Source: Bacillota bacterium
Lineage (GTDB): Bacteria; Bacillota; Negativicutes; Sporomusales; CTSoil-080
Assembly: GCA_017889725.1 (NCBI GenBank)
Contig: JAGGAE010000003.1
Location: 40,245-104,244, forward strand
Direction of reading: 5' to 3'
Length of the DNA stretch: 64,000 bases
This document shows, piece by piece, positions 9,010 to 18,649 of the stretch (its first letter is position 1; every line of letters begins with the position of its first letter). Made by a program: the position numbers and the translations under genes. The notes beneath the pieces are model-generated. The model saw only the letters and a list, made by a program, of their open reading frames with translations, was not told the DNA's origin and made no database searches.

Positions 9010-9417
9010 CTAAGACCTAAATGCGATTATTTTGCCATCTTCCAGCAAAATTTCTGCTGCCAAAATATCGTGCAAATTATCGCCGACCTTAATACTAACC
9101 ATTCTGTCCATTGTTCCCTGAGTAATTTCTGCGCCAACTTGAAGTTCCGCTGTTTCTTTCAGCTTTTCAGTAGCGTGATTTTTAAATTCAATGCGTTTTT
9201 GCTTTTCCGCTTCAATCTGCTGGCGTAAAGCCGTCAGACCCTGAGCGTCCATTCTGGCCTGTTCGGCCATCGCACGTTTCGCATGAAATTCAATCTGCTG
9301 CAATTCATGATCAGCATTTTTTATAGCTTCCTGAATTTCAACCGCCATCTGTTTTTTTAGCCGTTCGGTTACTTTGGCTTTGATGGCAACCGGGCATTTC
9401 AAAGTCATACTTTCCAT
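9010..9417 (-). CDS. ylqD: YlqD family protein
   Basis: 135 aa with a coiled-coil middle and C-terminal VGDNLHDILAAEILLEDGKIIAFRS, like B. subtilis YlqD. Conserved position between the KH protein and rimM. Confidence 0.7.
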   Translation of the reverse strand: MESMTLKCPVAIKAKVTERLKKQMAVEIQEAIKNADHELQQIEFHAKRAMAEQARMDAQGLTALRQQIEAEKQKRIEFKNHATEKLKETAELQVGAEITQGTMDRMVSIKVGDNLHDILAAEILLEDGKIIAFRS

Positions 9418-9430
9418 TCAATACACCTTC

Positions 9431-9658
9431 TTAAAGGATTTCAACCATGACTTTTTGGTTTTCCCTGGTAGCAGCCGCTTTAACCACCATGCGCAGCGCT
9501 TTGGCGATACGGCCTTGACGACCGATTATTTTGCCCATATCTTCAGGGGCGACACGTATTTCATAAGTAGTAACGTTATTGTGAACAGTTGATGTGACGT
9601 TGACCTGATCGGGGTTTTTCACTAATGATTTGGCAATCACTTCAATCAGTTCTTTCAT
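9431..9658 (-). CDS. KH-domain RNA-binding protein (UPF0109/YlqC)
   Basis: MKELIEVIAKSLVKNPDQVNV...GKIIGRQGRIAKALRMVV. ATG at 9658 with AAGAGG 7 nt upstream. Confidence 0.88.
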   Translation of the reverse strand: MKELIEVIAKSLVKNPDQVNVTSTVHNNVTTYEIRVAPEDMGKIIGRQGRIAKALRMVVKAAATRENQKVMVEIL

Positions 9659-9660
9659 CA

Positions 9661-9942
9661 CTACGCCTCTTTCTTCGCACGCTTAAGCTCATCCCACTTT
9701 TTCAGGATACCAGCTTTGCTGAAAAGATCCTTTACAGTGTCGGTAGGCTGCGCACCATTATTCAACCAGTTGATAGCTTTTTCTTCATCAATTTGAACCT
9801 TAGCCGGTTGGGTTGTGGAGTCATAATGACCAAGATTTTCAATAATACGGCCATCACGCGGAGAACGAGCATCAGCAACTACGATACGGTAGAACGGAGT
9901 TTTCTTTGCCCCCATACGTTTCAAACGAATTTTAACTGCCAT
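9661..9942 (-). CDS. rpsP: 30S ribosomal protein S16
   Basis: [32 protein letters not shown]. The SD is GAAGGAGGTGA. Confidence 0.97.
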   Translation of the reverse strand: MAVKIRLKRMGAKKTPFYRIVVADARSPRDGRIIENLGHYDSTTQPAKVQIDEEKAINWLNNGAQPTDTVKDLFSKAGILKKWDELKRAKKEA

Positions 9943-9985
9943 TTAAAATCACCTCCTTCATAGAATAGCCCTAAATAAATTCTCT

Positions 9986-11329
9986 TTATTGAAAGAATGG
10001 AAGCTTAAAGCCGCCCTTCTTTTTGTTGTTCTGCATCCCCTGGAAACGTTTCATCATTTTTTTAGCGTCATCAAATTGTTTTAGCAGACGGTTTACATCC
10101 TGTACTTTGGTGCCACTGCCTACCGCAATACGTTTACGGCGACTACCATTAAGAATTCCGGGGTCACGCCGTTCTTTCGACGTCATGGATTGAATAATAG
10201 CTTCCACACGCTTTAGTTGTTTTTCATCGATTTGTACGTCTTTGAGCTGCTTAAGATTACCCATACCAGGTAACATGCCCAAAACCTGTTCTAAAGGACC
10301 CAGTTTACGCACTTGCTGTAGTTGTTCCAAGAAATCATCCAGTGTAAATTCTTCTTTCCGGAGTTTCTTTTCCAACGCCATGGCTTTTTCGGCATCAAAA
10401 GCTGTTTCCGCCTTTTCTATCAGACTGAGAACATCACCCATGCCTAAAATTCGGGAAGCCATCCGGTCGGGATAAAATGGCTCTAGTGCCTCCAGCTTTT
10501 CCCCCTGACCCGTAAACTTTATCGGGCATCCGGTAACCGCCTTGACCGACAGCGCAGCCCCGCCGCGCGCATCACCGTCAAGCTTAGTAAGAATAACCCC
10601 ATCCAGCCCTAAATCTTTATTAAAGGCTTCGGCAACGGTTACCGCATCCTGACCGGTCATAGCATCAACGACCAGCAGAATTTCATGCGGCTTTACTTGC
10701 TGTTTAACCGCTTTAAGTTCGCCCATGAGTTCCTCATTAATATGCAACCGACCGGCAGTATCGATGATAACCACATCACGAGCATAGCTCTCGGCATATT
10801 CCATGGCTTTTTTCGCAATAACAACCGGGTTTTCTTTATCACCCAGCGAAAACACCGGCAGTTCCAGGTTTTGCCCTAGTACTTCTAGCTGCTTAATAGC
10901 CGCCGGACGATAAACATCGGCCGCAACCAATAAAGGCCGCTTGTTTTGCTTTACCAGGTAACGGGCAAGTTTTCCTGCCGTGGTAGTCTTCCCGGCCCCT
11001 TGCAAACCAACCAACATAATAACGGTTGGTGGCCGGGAAGAAATAGTAATACGGCTTTGGGTCCCACCCATTAGCGCCGTTAATTCATCACTTACAATTT
11101 TTATCACATGCTGCGCCGGTGAAAGACTTTCTAGCACTTCCTGACCGACGGCCCGTTCTTTGACCTTAGCAATAAAATCCTTGGCAACCTTAAAGTTTAC
11201 GTCAGCCTCTAATAGCGCTACCCGAACTTCCCGCATTGCCTCATTTACGTCAGCCTCGGATAGTTTACCACGGCCTCGCAATTTCTTAAATGTATTTTGC
11301 AGTTTATCGGCTAAGCCTTCAAAAACCAC
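9986..11329 (-). CDS. ffh: Signal recognition particle protein Ffh
   Basis: 447 aa with the GTPase motifs GLQGAGKTTT, DTAGR and TKLDGD plus a Met-rich M domain. GTG start with GAGGAGGA upstream. Confidence 0.97.
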   Translation of the reverse strand: MVFEGLADKLQNTFKKLRGRGKLSEADVNEAMREVRVALLEADVNFKVAKDFIAKVKERAVGQEVLESLSPAQHVIKIVSDELTALMGGTQSRITISSRPPTVIMLVGLQGAGKTTTAGKLARYLVKQNKRPLLVAADVYRPAAIKQLEVLGQNLELPVFSLGDKENPVVIAKKAMEYAESYARDVVIIDTAGRLHINEELMGELKAVKQQVKPHEILLVVDAMTGQDAVTVAEAFNKDLGLDGVILTKLDGDARGGAALSVKAVTGCPIKFTGQGEKLEALEPFYPDRMASRILGMGDVLSLIEKAETAFDAEKAMALEKKLRKEEFTLDDFLEQLQQVRKLGPLEQVLGMLPGMGNLKQLKDVQIDEKQLKRVEAIIQSMTSKERRDPGILNGSRRKRIAVGSGTKVQDVNRLLKQFDDAKKMMKRFQGMQNNKKKGGFKLPFFQ

Positions 11330-11330
11330 G

Positions 11331-11690
11331 TTAGTCCTCCTCTTCCCGGTTAATCAAACCTTGCAGCATTTCAAGCGCCTGTTTGATGGGAGGTAATTGG
11401 TGCTCTGCCACCGGCAGGCTTTCAATAAGACCATACACTTTATTTAAAGTCTCGCGTTCTTGCTGATAGCGTTCCACCAATCCCAATTTTGCTTCATAGT
11501 CTACTAATATTTGTTCCGCCCGGCGCAATATATCATACACGGCCTGACGCGATACATCATGAGCCAGCGCAATTTCACCCAGCGAATCATCATTCAAATA
11601 GTGCATTTCCAAGCAGCGTTGTTGCTTTTCGGTTAAGAGCGCACCATAGAAATCGTACAATAATCCTATGCGCAGTACTTTATCCAGCAT
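11331..11690 (-). CDS. ylxM: YlxM (UPF0122) putative DNA-binding protein of the SRP operon
   Basis: MLDKVLRIGLLYDFYGALLTEKQQRCLEMHYLNDDSLGEIALAHDVSRQAVYD is collinear with B. subtilis YlxM. ATG at 11690 with TAGGTGA 5 nt upstream. Confidence 0.88.
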   Translation of the reverse strand: MLDKVLRIGLLYDFYGALLTEKQQRCLEMHYLNDDSLGEIALAHDVSRQAVYDILRRAEQILVDYEAKLGLVERYQQERETLNKVYGLIESLPVAEHQLPPIKQALEMLQGLINREEED

Positions 11691-11735
11691 AATTGTCACC
11701 TACTACTGACAAGGGAAAACCCTTTACACTAAACA

Positions 11736-11764
11736 ATTATAACTTTCCCATGTATCCGTGTCAA
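11736..11764 (-). promoter_or_regulatory. Consensus sigma-A promoter for ylxM-ffh
   Basis: Minus strand reads TTGACA-N17-TATAAT (-35 at 11759-11764, -10 at 11736-11741). Confidence 0.6.
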
Positions 11765-11794
11765 GTAGTTTTACTTGTCACTAGAATTATCCTA

Positions 11795-12712
11795 TCAGTT
11801 CTTGCCAAAAAGTGCCTGGGCAAATTCCTTTGGTTCAAAGGGACGTAAATCGTCCATCCCCTCTCCTACACCAATCCATTTTACCGGTAATCCTAATTCC
11901 GCTTTTATGGCAACAACAACTCCACCTTTTGCTGTACCGTCGAGCTTGGTCAGCACCGCACCAGTAACTTTAACCGCTTCTTTGAATATTTTAGCCTGAC
12001 TAATCGCGTTTTGCCCGGTCGTGGCATCAAGGACGAGCAACACTTCATGTGGCGCATCAGGAATTTCGCGGGTAATTACCCTGTGAATCTTCTTTAGTTC
12101 TTCCATTAAATTGGACTTTGTATGCAGCCTGCCGGCGGTATCAATAATTAGAATATCCACTTTGCGCGCCTTTGCCGCCTGCACAGCGTCAAAAGCAACC
12201 GCCGCCGGATCGGAGCCTTCGCTATGGCTAATTACGTCGGCGTCGCTTCGCTCGCCCCATATCTCTAATTGATCAATGGCTGCCGCCCGGAAAGTGTCTC
12301 CCGCCGCCAACAGAACCTTTTGACCTTGTTCATGGTAATAGTGGCCTAATTTACCGATGGTGGTGGTTTTACCTACACCGTTAACACCTACCACAACAAT
12401 GACGGTTGGGCCGTCTATGGCTCGGGCCAAAGGTTCCACCCCTTCGTTTAATAAGTCGCTAATTTTATCTTCTAAAAAAGGGCGCAATTCTTCCGGTGTT
12501 TGAATTTGTTTTGCTTTAATCGCCGATCTGATATCTTTAATTAGCTGCGTGGTCGTATGCACGCCAACATCGGCCATTACCAGAACAGCTTCCAATTCCT
12601 CGAGGAACTCCTCGTCAATCTGGGCATAGCCAGTAATTAGCTGCTCAATTTTTTCGGTAAACCCTTTACGGGTTTTGCTTAGTCCGTCTTTTAATCGATC
12701 AAAAAATCCCAT
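11795..12712 (-). CDS. ftsY: SRP receptor FtsY
   Basis: 305 aa with GVNGVGKTTT, DTAGR and TKLDGT. The SD is ACGGAGGTAA. Confidence 0.96.
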   Translation of the reverse strand: MGFFDRLKDGLSKTRKGFTEKIEQLITGYAQIDEEFLEELEAVLVMADVGVHTTTQLIKDIRSAIKAKQIQTPEELRPFLEDKISDLLNEGVEPLARAIDGPTVIVVVGVNGVGKTTTIGKLGHYYHEQGQKVLLAAGDTFRAAAIDQLEIWGERSDADVISHSEGSDPAAVAFDAVQAAKARKVDILIIDTAGRLHTKSNLMEELKKIHRVITREIPDAPHEVLLVLDATTGQNAISQAKIFKEAVKVTGAVLTKLDGTAKGGVVVAIKAELGLPVKWIGVGEGMDDLRPFEPKEFAQALFGKN

Positions 12713-12731
12713 AACTTTTACCTCCGTAATA

Positions 12732-15700
12732 TCAGACCGCCTGATCCATAAATTTAACGGATATTAATTTAGAAATACCCGACTCTTCCATCGTAACTCC
12801 ATGCATTACATCAGCTGCCTCCATAGTTCCCTTTCGGTGGGTTACAATAATAAACTGCGTGCCCCGTGAATAATCCTTCAAAAATTCACTGAACCGCTGC
12901 ACATTGGCTTCATCAAGTGCAGCATCAACTTCATCCAGCACGCAAAACGGGGTAGGCCGATATGTCAGAAACGCGAATAATAGGGCCAAAACAGTTAATG
13001 CCCGTTCACCTCCGGACAACAACGCCAAATTTTGTTGCTTTTTACCAGGCGGCTGCACAACAATTTCAATTCCACTATTGAGCAGGTCTTCTTCTTCATT
13101 TAACACCAGCTGAGCTTTACCGCCGGCAAAAAGCCGGACAAATAACTCGCCAAAGTGTTCGTTAATCTTATGAAACGCTTCCTGAAACTGTTTGGTCATA
13201 GTAGCATCGATTTCTTTAAGCACGGATGTCAGATATTCTTTGGCATCGGTTAAGTCCTGATATTGAGTACGCAGGAATTCGTAACGTTCTTTAAGCCGAC
13301 TATATTCTTCTATCGCCGCCGCATTGATGGGGCCTAGCTTTTCAATATCCTGCTCAAGCTGAGCAATCATGGCCGTAAGCACCTCTGTATTCTCATCACG
13401 GCATAACGCTTTTGCCTCCTCCAGGCTTAAGGCATGGTGATCGCGCAACTGTTCTAAGCAGTAGTTGAGCTCATAGCTAACTTTAGCTTCAAGCAATTCA
13501 ATTTCATGCGCCCGGTTTTGGAGAGTGTTATATTTACGCCGCATTTCTTTATTCTCGCGATCCAACTTCTGTTGTTCGGATAATACTTCAAGTTTAGCAG
13601 CGGTTTGTAGGTCGCGTTCTTTCTGTTGTTCCTCTTTATTTCTCAGCGCGGCATCTTTAACACTAACAATTTCATTGAGTTCAATACCAGCATGAGCGAT
13701 AGCCGCCTGGATACGTTCCGCTTCACTTACCGCGGACTCAATTTGTTTTAACACCCTTCCGCCAATTTGCCGGTACTGCTCACAATTTTCCTTAATAGCA
13801 CTGACTTCTTGCTGTAGTGCGGAAAAATTAATTTTGCTGTCCGTCAATTGCACATTTATGCTTTCCTTTGATGTAAGCAAACGCTTTAACTCATCTTGCC
13901 ACTCATCCAACTGCAGTTTATGCTGACTATCCCGATTTTCCAAAAGGATAATTTGCTTTTCAGCTTCGCTAATTTTATTTTGGAAGCTTTGGGTATCAGC
14001 ACTACAAGTAGTATGCTCTTTTTCTACTGTATCTAAGGAGAAGCCCAGCCTTTTTATATCGGCACTAATTTTATCCCTATGAACTGCCAATTCGGCCTGG
14101 CGCAGTTCCTGTTGCCGTTTCTGTGCATCCGCTTGAGCTATTTTTTCTTCAGTAAGCAGCATTTCCTGTCGGAGATTTTCCGCATGCCTTCGGAGCTCGT
14201 TGCGTTTAGCATCAAGCTCTGCCACATCGTTCTTTAAAACTTCAATTTCATTACTCCGGCTAATAAAGCTGGCTTCCCGCCGCCCGGTGCTGCCGCCAGT
14301 AATACTACCACCAGGATTGATAAGATCGCCTTCCAGCGTAACAATTCGCACACTAAACGATTGCTCTTTCGCGATTCTTAGTGCAGCATCAATATCCTTC
14401 GCAATAATAGTCCGAGCTAGCAGATGTTCAACTACCGGACGATATTTGGCGTCACACTCCACAAGTTCCGAGGCAAAACCAAGAGCCCCGCTGGTCCGCG
14501 CAGCCCGAATTTCGGAATCACGAGGTCGGTTAACTCTGATAGTATTAAGCGGTAAAAAAGTAGCCCGTCCTAAATTTTGATGCTTGAGTAGTTCAATAGC
14601 CGACTTAGCAGCTACATCACTTTCCACGATAATATGCTGAAGCGCTCCCCCTAAAGCCGTTTCAACAGCCACTACATAGTCCCCCGACACATTAAGTACC
14701 TGAGCAACAGCGCCACACACTTCTCGTCGCCAGGGAGCATTACTTTTCAGTACACTTTTAACACCTTTGCCAAAGCCTTCATATTCCGCCTGCATATTGG
14801 TCAATATAGATAGTCTTGATGATGCCTGCCCGATTTGGCCGTTCAAGCGACCTTCCTCCGCCCGCACAGCAATCAGCTCTTTTTCTTGCTGTTGTTTGCT
14901 CGCCGCCATTTGCTGCATTTGGCTATAGCCCAGAGCTAACTCCTGCTCTAATGTGGCCTGTTCCTTTAACACGTTTTGCAATAACGCTTCACTATTTTTA
15001 CATTGGCTAGTAAAGTCCTGCCGTTCTTTATCCAGTTGCAACCGTTTTTGTCCCAGAGTCCCCAAATCCCGTTCCAAAGTGCGCAACGTATTCTTATGGG
15101 TAACGAGTTCCTGCATATGCTCGAAGGTCAGTTCTTTTGCAGCATCTACTTTTTGCTGAACCGCAGCTATCGACGCCTGTACTTCCTGAAACTGTTCCTC
15201 ACTTTTGGACTGAAGAGAATGAGCCTCTTCCGCCTGAAGCTCTTTATTCCGGAGAATCCGTTGTCTATCCTCCAATTGCTTTGTGCTTTCTTCCGATTCT
15301 TTCCGTAGACGTTCTTCTTCCATATGCAAGCGATCCAGACTTTTTTGCTGTTGCTCTATACGTTCACCGAGAACCCCGGCTTTGCCATCCAGTCGCTCAA
15401 TTTCCGTAGCTGAACCGGAAATACTTGCTTCGATATTCTTGATGATTTCATCTAAAGAAGCCAAATTATCTGTCAGACGTTCTTGTTCCGTTTCAGCCAG
15501 TGCTAAGCGGGTCGAAACATTAACTTCGTCATCGGCTATTGCAGCCTTCTCCAACGTAACCGATTCCCGGTTTTTCTCTGCCCGGTTCATCTTATCCATA
15601 AGGAGAGTGACCTGACAAGACGTCAATTCCGCAGCCAGTTCATTGAAACGGGCGGTTCTCGCCGCACTTTCCCCCAATGGCTCAAGCTGATTTTCTATCT

Positions 15701-16289
15701 CTGTCGTTATATCTAGTACACGGCTCAAATTGTTTTCCGTATCGTCTAGCTTTCGCAAAGCTTCCTTCTTACGGTTTTTGTATTTCATAATGCCGGCCGC
15801 TTCTTCGAACAAAACCCGGCGTTCATCTGCTTTACTGTTTAATACCTCATCGACTTTATGCTGACTGATTACTGTCATTGAATCACGGCCAAGGCCGGCC
15901 TCAAGCAATAAGTCATGAATATCCTTTAGCCTGCAGGCCGATTTATTAATATAATACTCACTATCTCCCGACCGAAATACCCGGCGGGTTATCGTCACTT
16001 CATTAAAATCAAGAGGAAGCTTACCATCACTGTTATCAAACACAAGCGTCACTTCAGCCACACCCAGCGGGCGACGTTTATCACTGCCGGCAAAGATAAC
16101 ATCCTCCATTTTGGCACCGCGCAGGTTACGTACGTTTTGTTCGCCAAGTACCCACCGCACTGCATCAGAGATATTGCTTTTACCACTGCCATTCGGCCCA
16201 ACAATAGCCGTAATACCAGGTTTAAACTCTAATTCAGTTTTTTCGGCAAAAGATTTAAACCCATAGGCTTCCAGTTTTTGCAGAAGCAA
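12732..16289 (-). CDS. smc: Chromosome segregation protein SMC
   Basis: Walker A GPNGSGKSN, long coiled coils, signature LSGGE and Walker B FCVLDEVDAALD. The likely start is TTG 16289 (MLLQKLEAYGFKSFAEK, GGGGTGG upstream). The ORF track extends 10 codons further. Confidence 0.95.
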   Translation of the reverse strand: MLLQKLEAYGFKSFAEKTELEFKPGITAIVGPNGSGKSNISDAVRWVLGEQNVRNLRGAKMEDVIFAGSDKRRPLGVAEVTLVFDNSDGKLPLDFNEVTITRRVFRSGDSEYYINKSACRLKDIHDLLLEAGLGRDSMTVISQHKVDEVLNSKADERRVLFEEAAGIMKYKNRKKEALRKLDDTENNLSRVLDITTEIENQLEPLGESAARTARFNELAAELTSCQVTLLMDKMNRAEKNRESVTLEKAAIADDEVNVSTRLALAETEQERLTDNLASLDEIIKNIEASISGSATEIERLDGKAGVLGERIEQQQKSLDRLHMEEERLRKESEESTKQLEDRQRILRNKELQAEEAHSLQSKSEEQFQEVQASIAAVQQKVDAAKELTFEHMQELVTHKNTLRTLERDLGTLGQKRLQLDKERQDFTSQCKNSEALLQNVLKEQATLEQELALGYSQMQQMAASKQQQEKELIAVRAEEGRLNGQIGQASSRLSILTNMQAEYEGFGKGVKSVLKSNAPWRREVCGAVAQVLNVSGDYVVAVETALGGALQHIIVESDVAAKSAIELLKHQNLGRATFLPLNTIRVNRPRDSEIRAARTSGALGFASELVECDAKYRPVVEHLLARTIIAKDIDAALRIAKEQSFSVRIVTLEGDLINPGGSITGGSTGRREASFISRSNEIEVLKNDVAELDAKRNELRRHAENLRQEMLLTEEKIAQADAQKRQQELRQAELAVHRDKISADIKRLGFSLDTVEKEHTTCSADTQSFQNKISEAEKQIILLENRDSQHKLQLDEWQDELKRLLTSKESINVQLTDSKINFSALQQEVSAIKENCEQYRQIGGRVLKQIESAVSEAERIQAAIAHAGIELNEIVSVKDAALRNKEEQQKERDLQTAAKLEVLSEQQKLDRENKEMRRKYNTLQNRAHEIELLEAKVSYELNYCLEQLRDHHALSLEEAKALCRDENTEVLTAMIAQLEQDIEKLGPINAAAIEEYSRLKERYEFLRTQYQDLTDAKEYLTSVLKEIDATMTKQFQEAFHKINEHFGELFVRLFAGGKAQLVLNEEEDLLNSGIEIVVQPPGKKQQNLALLSGGERALTVLALLFAFLTYRPTPFCVLDEVDAALDEANVQRFSEFLKDYSRGTQFIIVTHRKGTMEAADVMHGVTMEESGISKLISVKFMDQAV

Positions 16290-16355
16290 AGAACCACCCC
16301 GCATTTTTATGGTTTCCAATCATCAAGATTTTACCACATAGACTAAGCAGTGTAC

Positions 16356-16414
16356 ACAGAAAAATAAACTGCTCCCTCGAATATTGTCGAATCTGTATTC
16401 AAAGGGAACAGTTT
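16356..16414 (-). terminator. Intrinsic terminator after pduL
   Basis: Long imperfect hairpin with arms at 16366-16383 and 16396-14, followed on the minus-strand RNA by AUUUUUCUGUG. Confidence 0.65.
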
Positions 16415-16472
16415 ATAGGCAGGATATTAAATTCACGCCAGTGTCGAATCTTGCCATTCACGATACTTACAT

Positions 16473-17051
16473 TTATTTTATAATAGTGCAGAAATCCCCG
16501 GTTTTCGCGAGTGCTGCATTAGCTTCATCGGTATCAAGATGACATTCCAGACTGGACGTTTCGGTTACTCTAACATGAACCTGATCGAAAATCAAGCTGC
16601 GGTTGGCATCGCCAACACGAATCTGAACAAAATCATGGTCTTTTACACCATATTTTTCGGCATCATCCGGCAACATATGAATATGGCGGCGAGCAACAAT
16701 AACGCCATTATGTAGCGTAACTTCGCCTTTAGGTCCTACCAAGGTAAGCCCGGCTGAATCTGCTAAATCACCGGAATCTCTTACCGGAGCTTTAACCCCC
16801 AATTTAGCCGCATCGGTAAGGGAAATTTCAATCTGAGTTTGCCCACGAACTGGACCAAGAATACGTACCCCTGGGAAAACACCCTTTTCGCCTTTTAAAT
16901 CAACTCTTTCATTGGAAGCAAACTGCCCTGGCTGGCTAAGCGGTTTAAAATTACTAAGCTTAAAGCCTTCACCAAAAAGAGTATTAAGATCTTCTTTACT
17001 TAAATGAACATGACGGGCGGAAATCCCCACCGGAATCGGCGGTTTAGACAT
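16473..17051 (-). CDS. pduL: Phosphate acyltransferase PduL (phosphate propanoyl/acetyl-transferase)
   Basis: 192 aa from ATG 17051 (AAGGGAG SD). Two PduL repeats are present: IPVGISARHVHLS and GVIVARRHIHM. Confidence 0.88.
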   Translation of the reverse strand: MSKPPIPVGISARHVHLSKEDLNTLFGEGFKLSNFKPLSQPGQFASNERVDLKGEKGVFPGVRILGPVRGQTQIEISLTDAAKLGVKAPVRDSGDLADSAGLTLVGPKGEVTLHNGVIVARRHIHMLPDDAEKYGVKDHDFVQIRVGDANRSLIFDQVHVRVTETSSLECHLDTDEANAALAKTGDFCTIIK

Positions 17052-17171
17052 ACAATCAACTCCCTTTACTGTGATCATTACATAGTAGGAAAAAAATACA
17101 CTGGCGTGTATATCCAACGCTTTATAGGTTGCTCAAGTCTGACGACATGAGTTCAAGCTTGAAAAGCTCTA

Positions 17172-18335
17172 CTAACCAAGCCATTTAGTGATTCTTTCGG
17201 CTGCTATTTTCAGACGGTCTTCCGGCTGAACTAGGGCAATGCGGACATATCCTTCCCCGCACGCACCAAATCCGACTCCCGGAATAACAGCAACCCCGGT
17301 TTCCCGGATGAGGTCAACGACAAAGTCAAAAGATGCCTGTTTTGTCGGTACCGAGGCCCAGATATACATCGAGGCCAAAGGACTGGGCACTTTCCAGCCT
17401 GCCTTCCCAAATCCTTCTACGATAACATCTCTTCGCCGTGCATACTCGGCAGCGGTTTGTGTAACACATTCGTCCGGACCTGTTAGTGCGGCAATAGCCG
17501 CCCTCTGCACCGGATAAAAAATGCCATAGTCAAAATTGGACTTTATCCGATTTAAAAGCGCAATAACTTTCGCATTCCCAACAACAAAGCCCACGCGACA
17601 CCCAGCCATGCTATACGTTTTTGAAAGCGAATGAAATTCAACGGCTACCTCTTTAGCGCCGGGAATACTCAGGAAGCTGTCAGGCCGGTAGTTGTCAAAT
17701 ACTAATTCACTATAGGCAAAATCGTGACATACGAGAATGTTATGCCGGGTAGCAAACTCCACAACCTTAACGAAAAACTCACGGGGCGCAACCGCAGCCA
17801 GCGGATTGTTAGGATAGTTCAAAATCATAATTTTAGCCCGCTTCAAGATAGCAGGCGGTATGGCGTCCAAATCGGGTAAATAATGATTTGCAGAAGTTAA
17901 CGGCATATGATATAACTCAGCATTAGCCGCCATAGGGCCGGCACTGAAAATTGGATAACCAGGGTCAGGCACTAAAACCACATCCCCTGGATTTACAAGA
18001 CATAAAGCAATATGGGCCAGACCATCCTGCGACCCTAAAAGTGAATGTATCTCTGTCTCGGGGTCGAGAACTACGCCAAATTTGCGGTCATACCACTCAG
18101 ATATCGCAATAAGTAGATCCGATACGCCTTTAGTAAAGGTGTATCCGTAATTCGCCGGATCACCAACTGCATTCTTCAAGACTTCAATAATATGTGGCGC
18201 AGGTGCAAGATCAGGACTACCAATGCTTAGATTAATTATATCTGTGCCATTTGCTGCCGTCTGTTTGCAAAGCAAATCAACCTGGCTGAAAATAGCAGCC
18301 GACATTCCTGACATTCTGGTTGCTTCCGTAAGCAT
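17172..18335 (-). CDS. PLP-dependent aminotransferase, class I/II (DapL/AspC-like)
   Basis: 387 aa from ATG 18335 (GAGGTGA SD). Motifs include IGSPDLAPAP, NPGDVVLVPDPGYP, NYPNNP and SLSKTYSMAGCRVGF (PLP lysine). Confidence 0.85.
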   Translation of the reverse strand: MLTEATRMSGMSAAIFSQVDLLCKQTAANGTDIINLSIGSPDLAPAPHIIEVLKNAVGDPANYGYTFTKGVSDLLIAISEWYDRKFGVVLDPETEIHSLLGSQDGLAHIALCLVNPGDVVLVPDPGYPIFSAGPMAANAELYHMPLTSANHYLPDLDAIPPAILKRAKIMILNYPNNPLAAVAPREFFVKVVEFATRHNILVCHDFAYSELVFDNYRPDSFLSIPGAKEVAVEFHSLSKTYSMAGCRVGFVVGNAKVIALLNRIKSNFDYGIFYPVQRAAIAALTGPDECVTQTAAEYARRRDVIVEGFGKAGWKVPSPLASMYIWASVPTKQASFDFVVDLIRETGVAVIPGVGFGACGEGYVRIALVQPEDRLKIAAERITKWLG

Positions 18336-18585
18336 TATTTCACCTCTCGACACAATCTATTAGTAAAATCATAAAAACAATGTCAACTTGAGTTCATTAT
18401 AACACCTTCATAGTGATATTTCACCTGTTATAATGTTTAGATATTATTGCTCAATATCGCTATTATTTCGTTAAATACTTGCATTTTCAAGGATTATCAT
18501 AAAGGTTTCCGTCTTTCTTTAATAAAAAGTTTATATTTTCAGATATAAGAGATGATTAAACTCAACTTTCAATTTTTACTGTTTT

Positions 18586-18632
18586 TTGACAAAAAGAAGC
18601 CAGGCAAACGCAAGGTCGCTTACCTGACTGGC
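18586..18632 (-). terminator. Intrinsic terminator after the Stn-like operon
   Basis: Minus-strand RNA reads GCCAGUCAGG...UUUGCCUGGC (imperfect stem) followed by UUCUUUUUGUC, 18 nt after the stop codon. Confidence 0.55.
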
Positions 18633-18649
18633 ATGGTAACTTGATTAAA

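Noticed and set aside
12904-15615. A series of plus-strand ORFs (64-126 aa) nested inside smc
   Set aside because: All are antisense to a clearly conserved SMC coding frame. They are Ser/Ala/Leu/Phe-rich, as expected from reading Glu/Lys/Leu-rich coiled-coil codons backwards. None has an SD.
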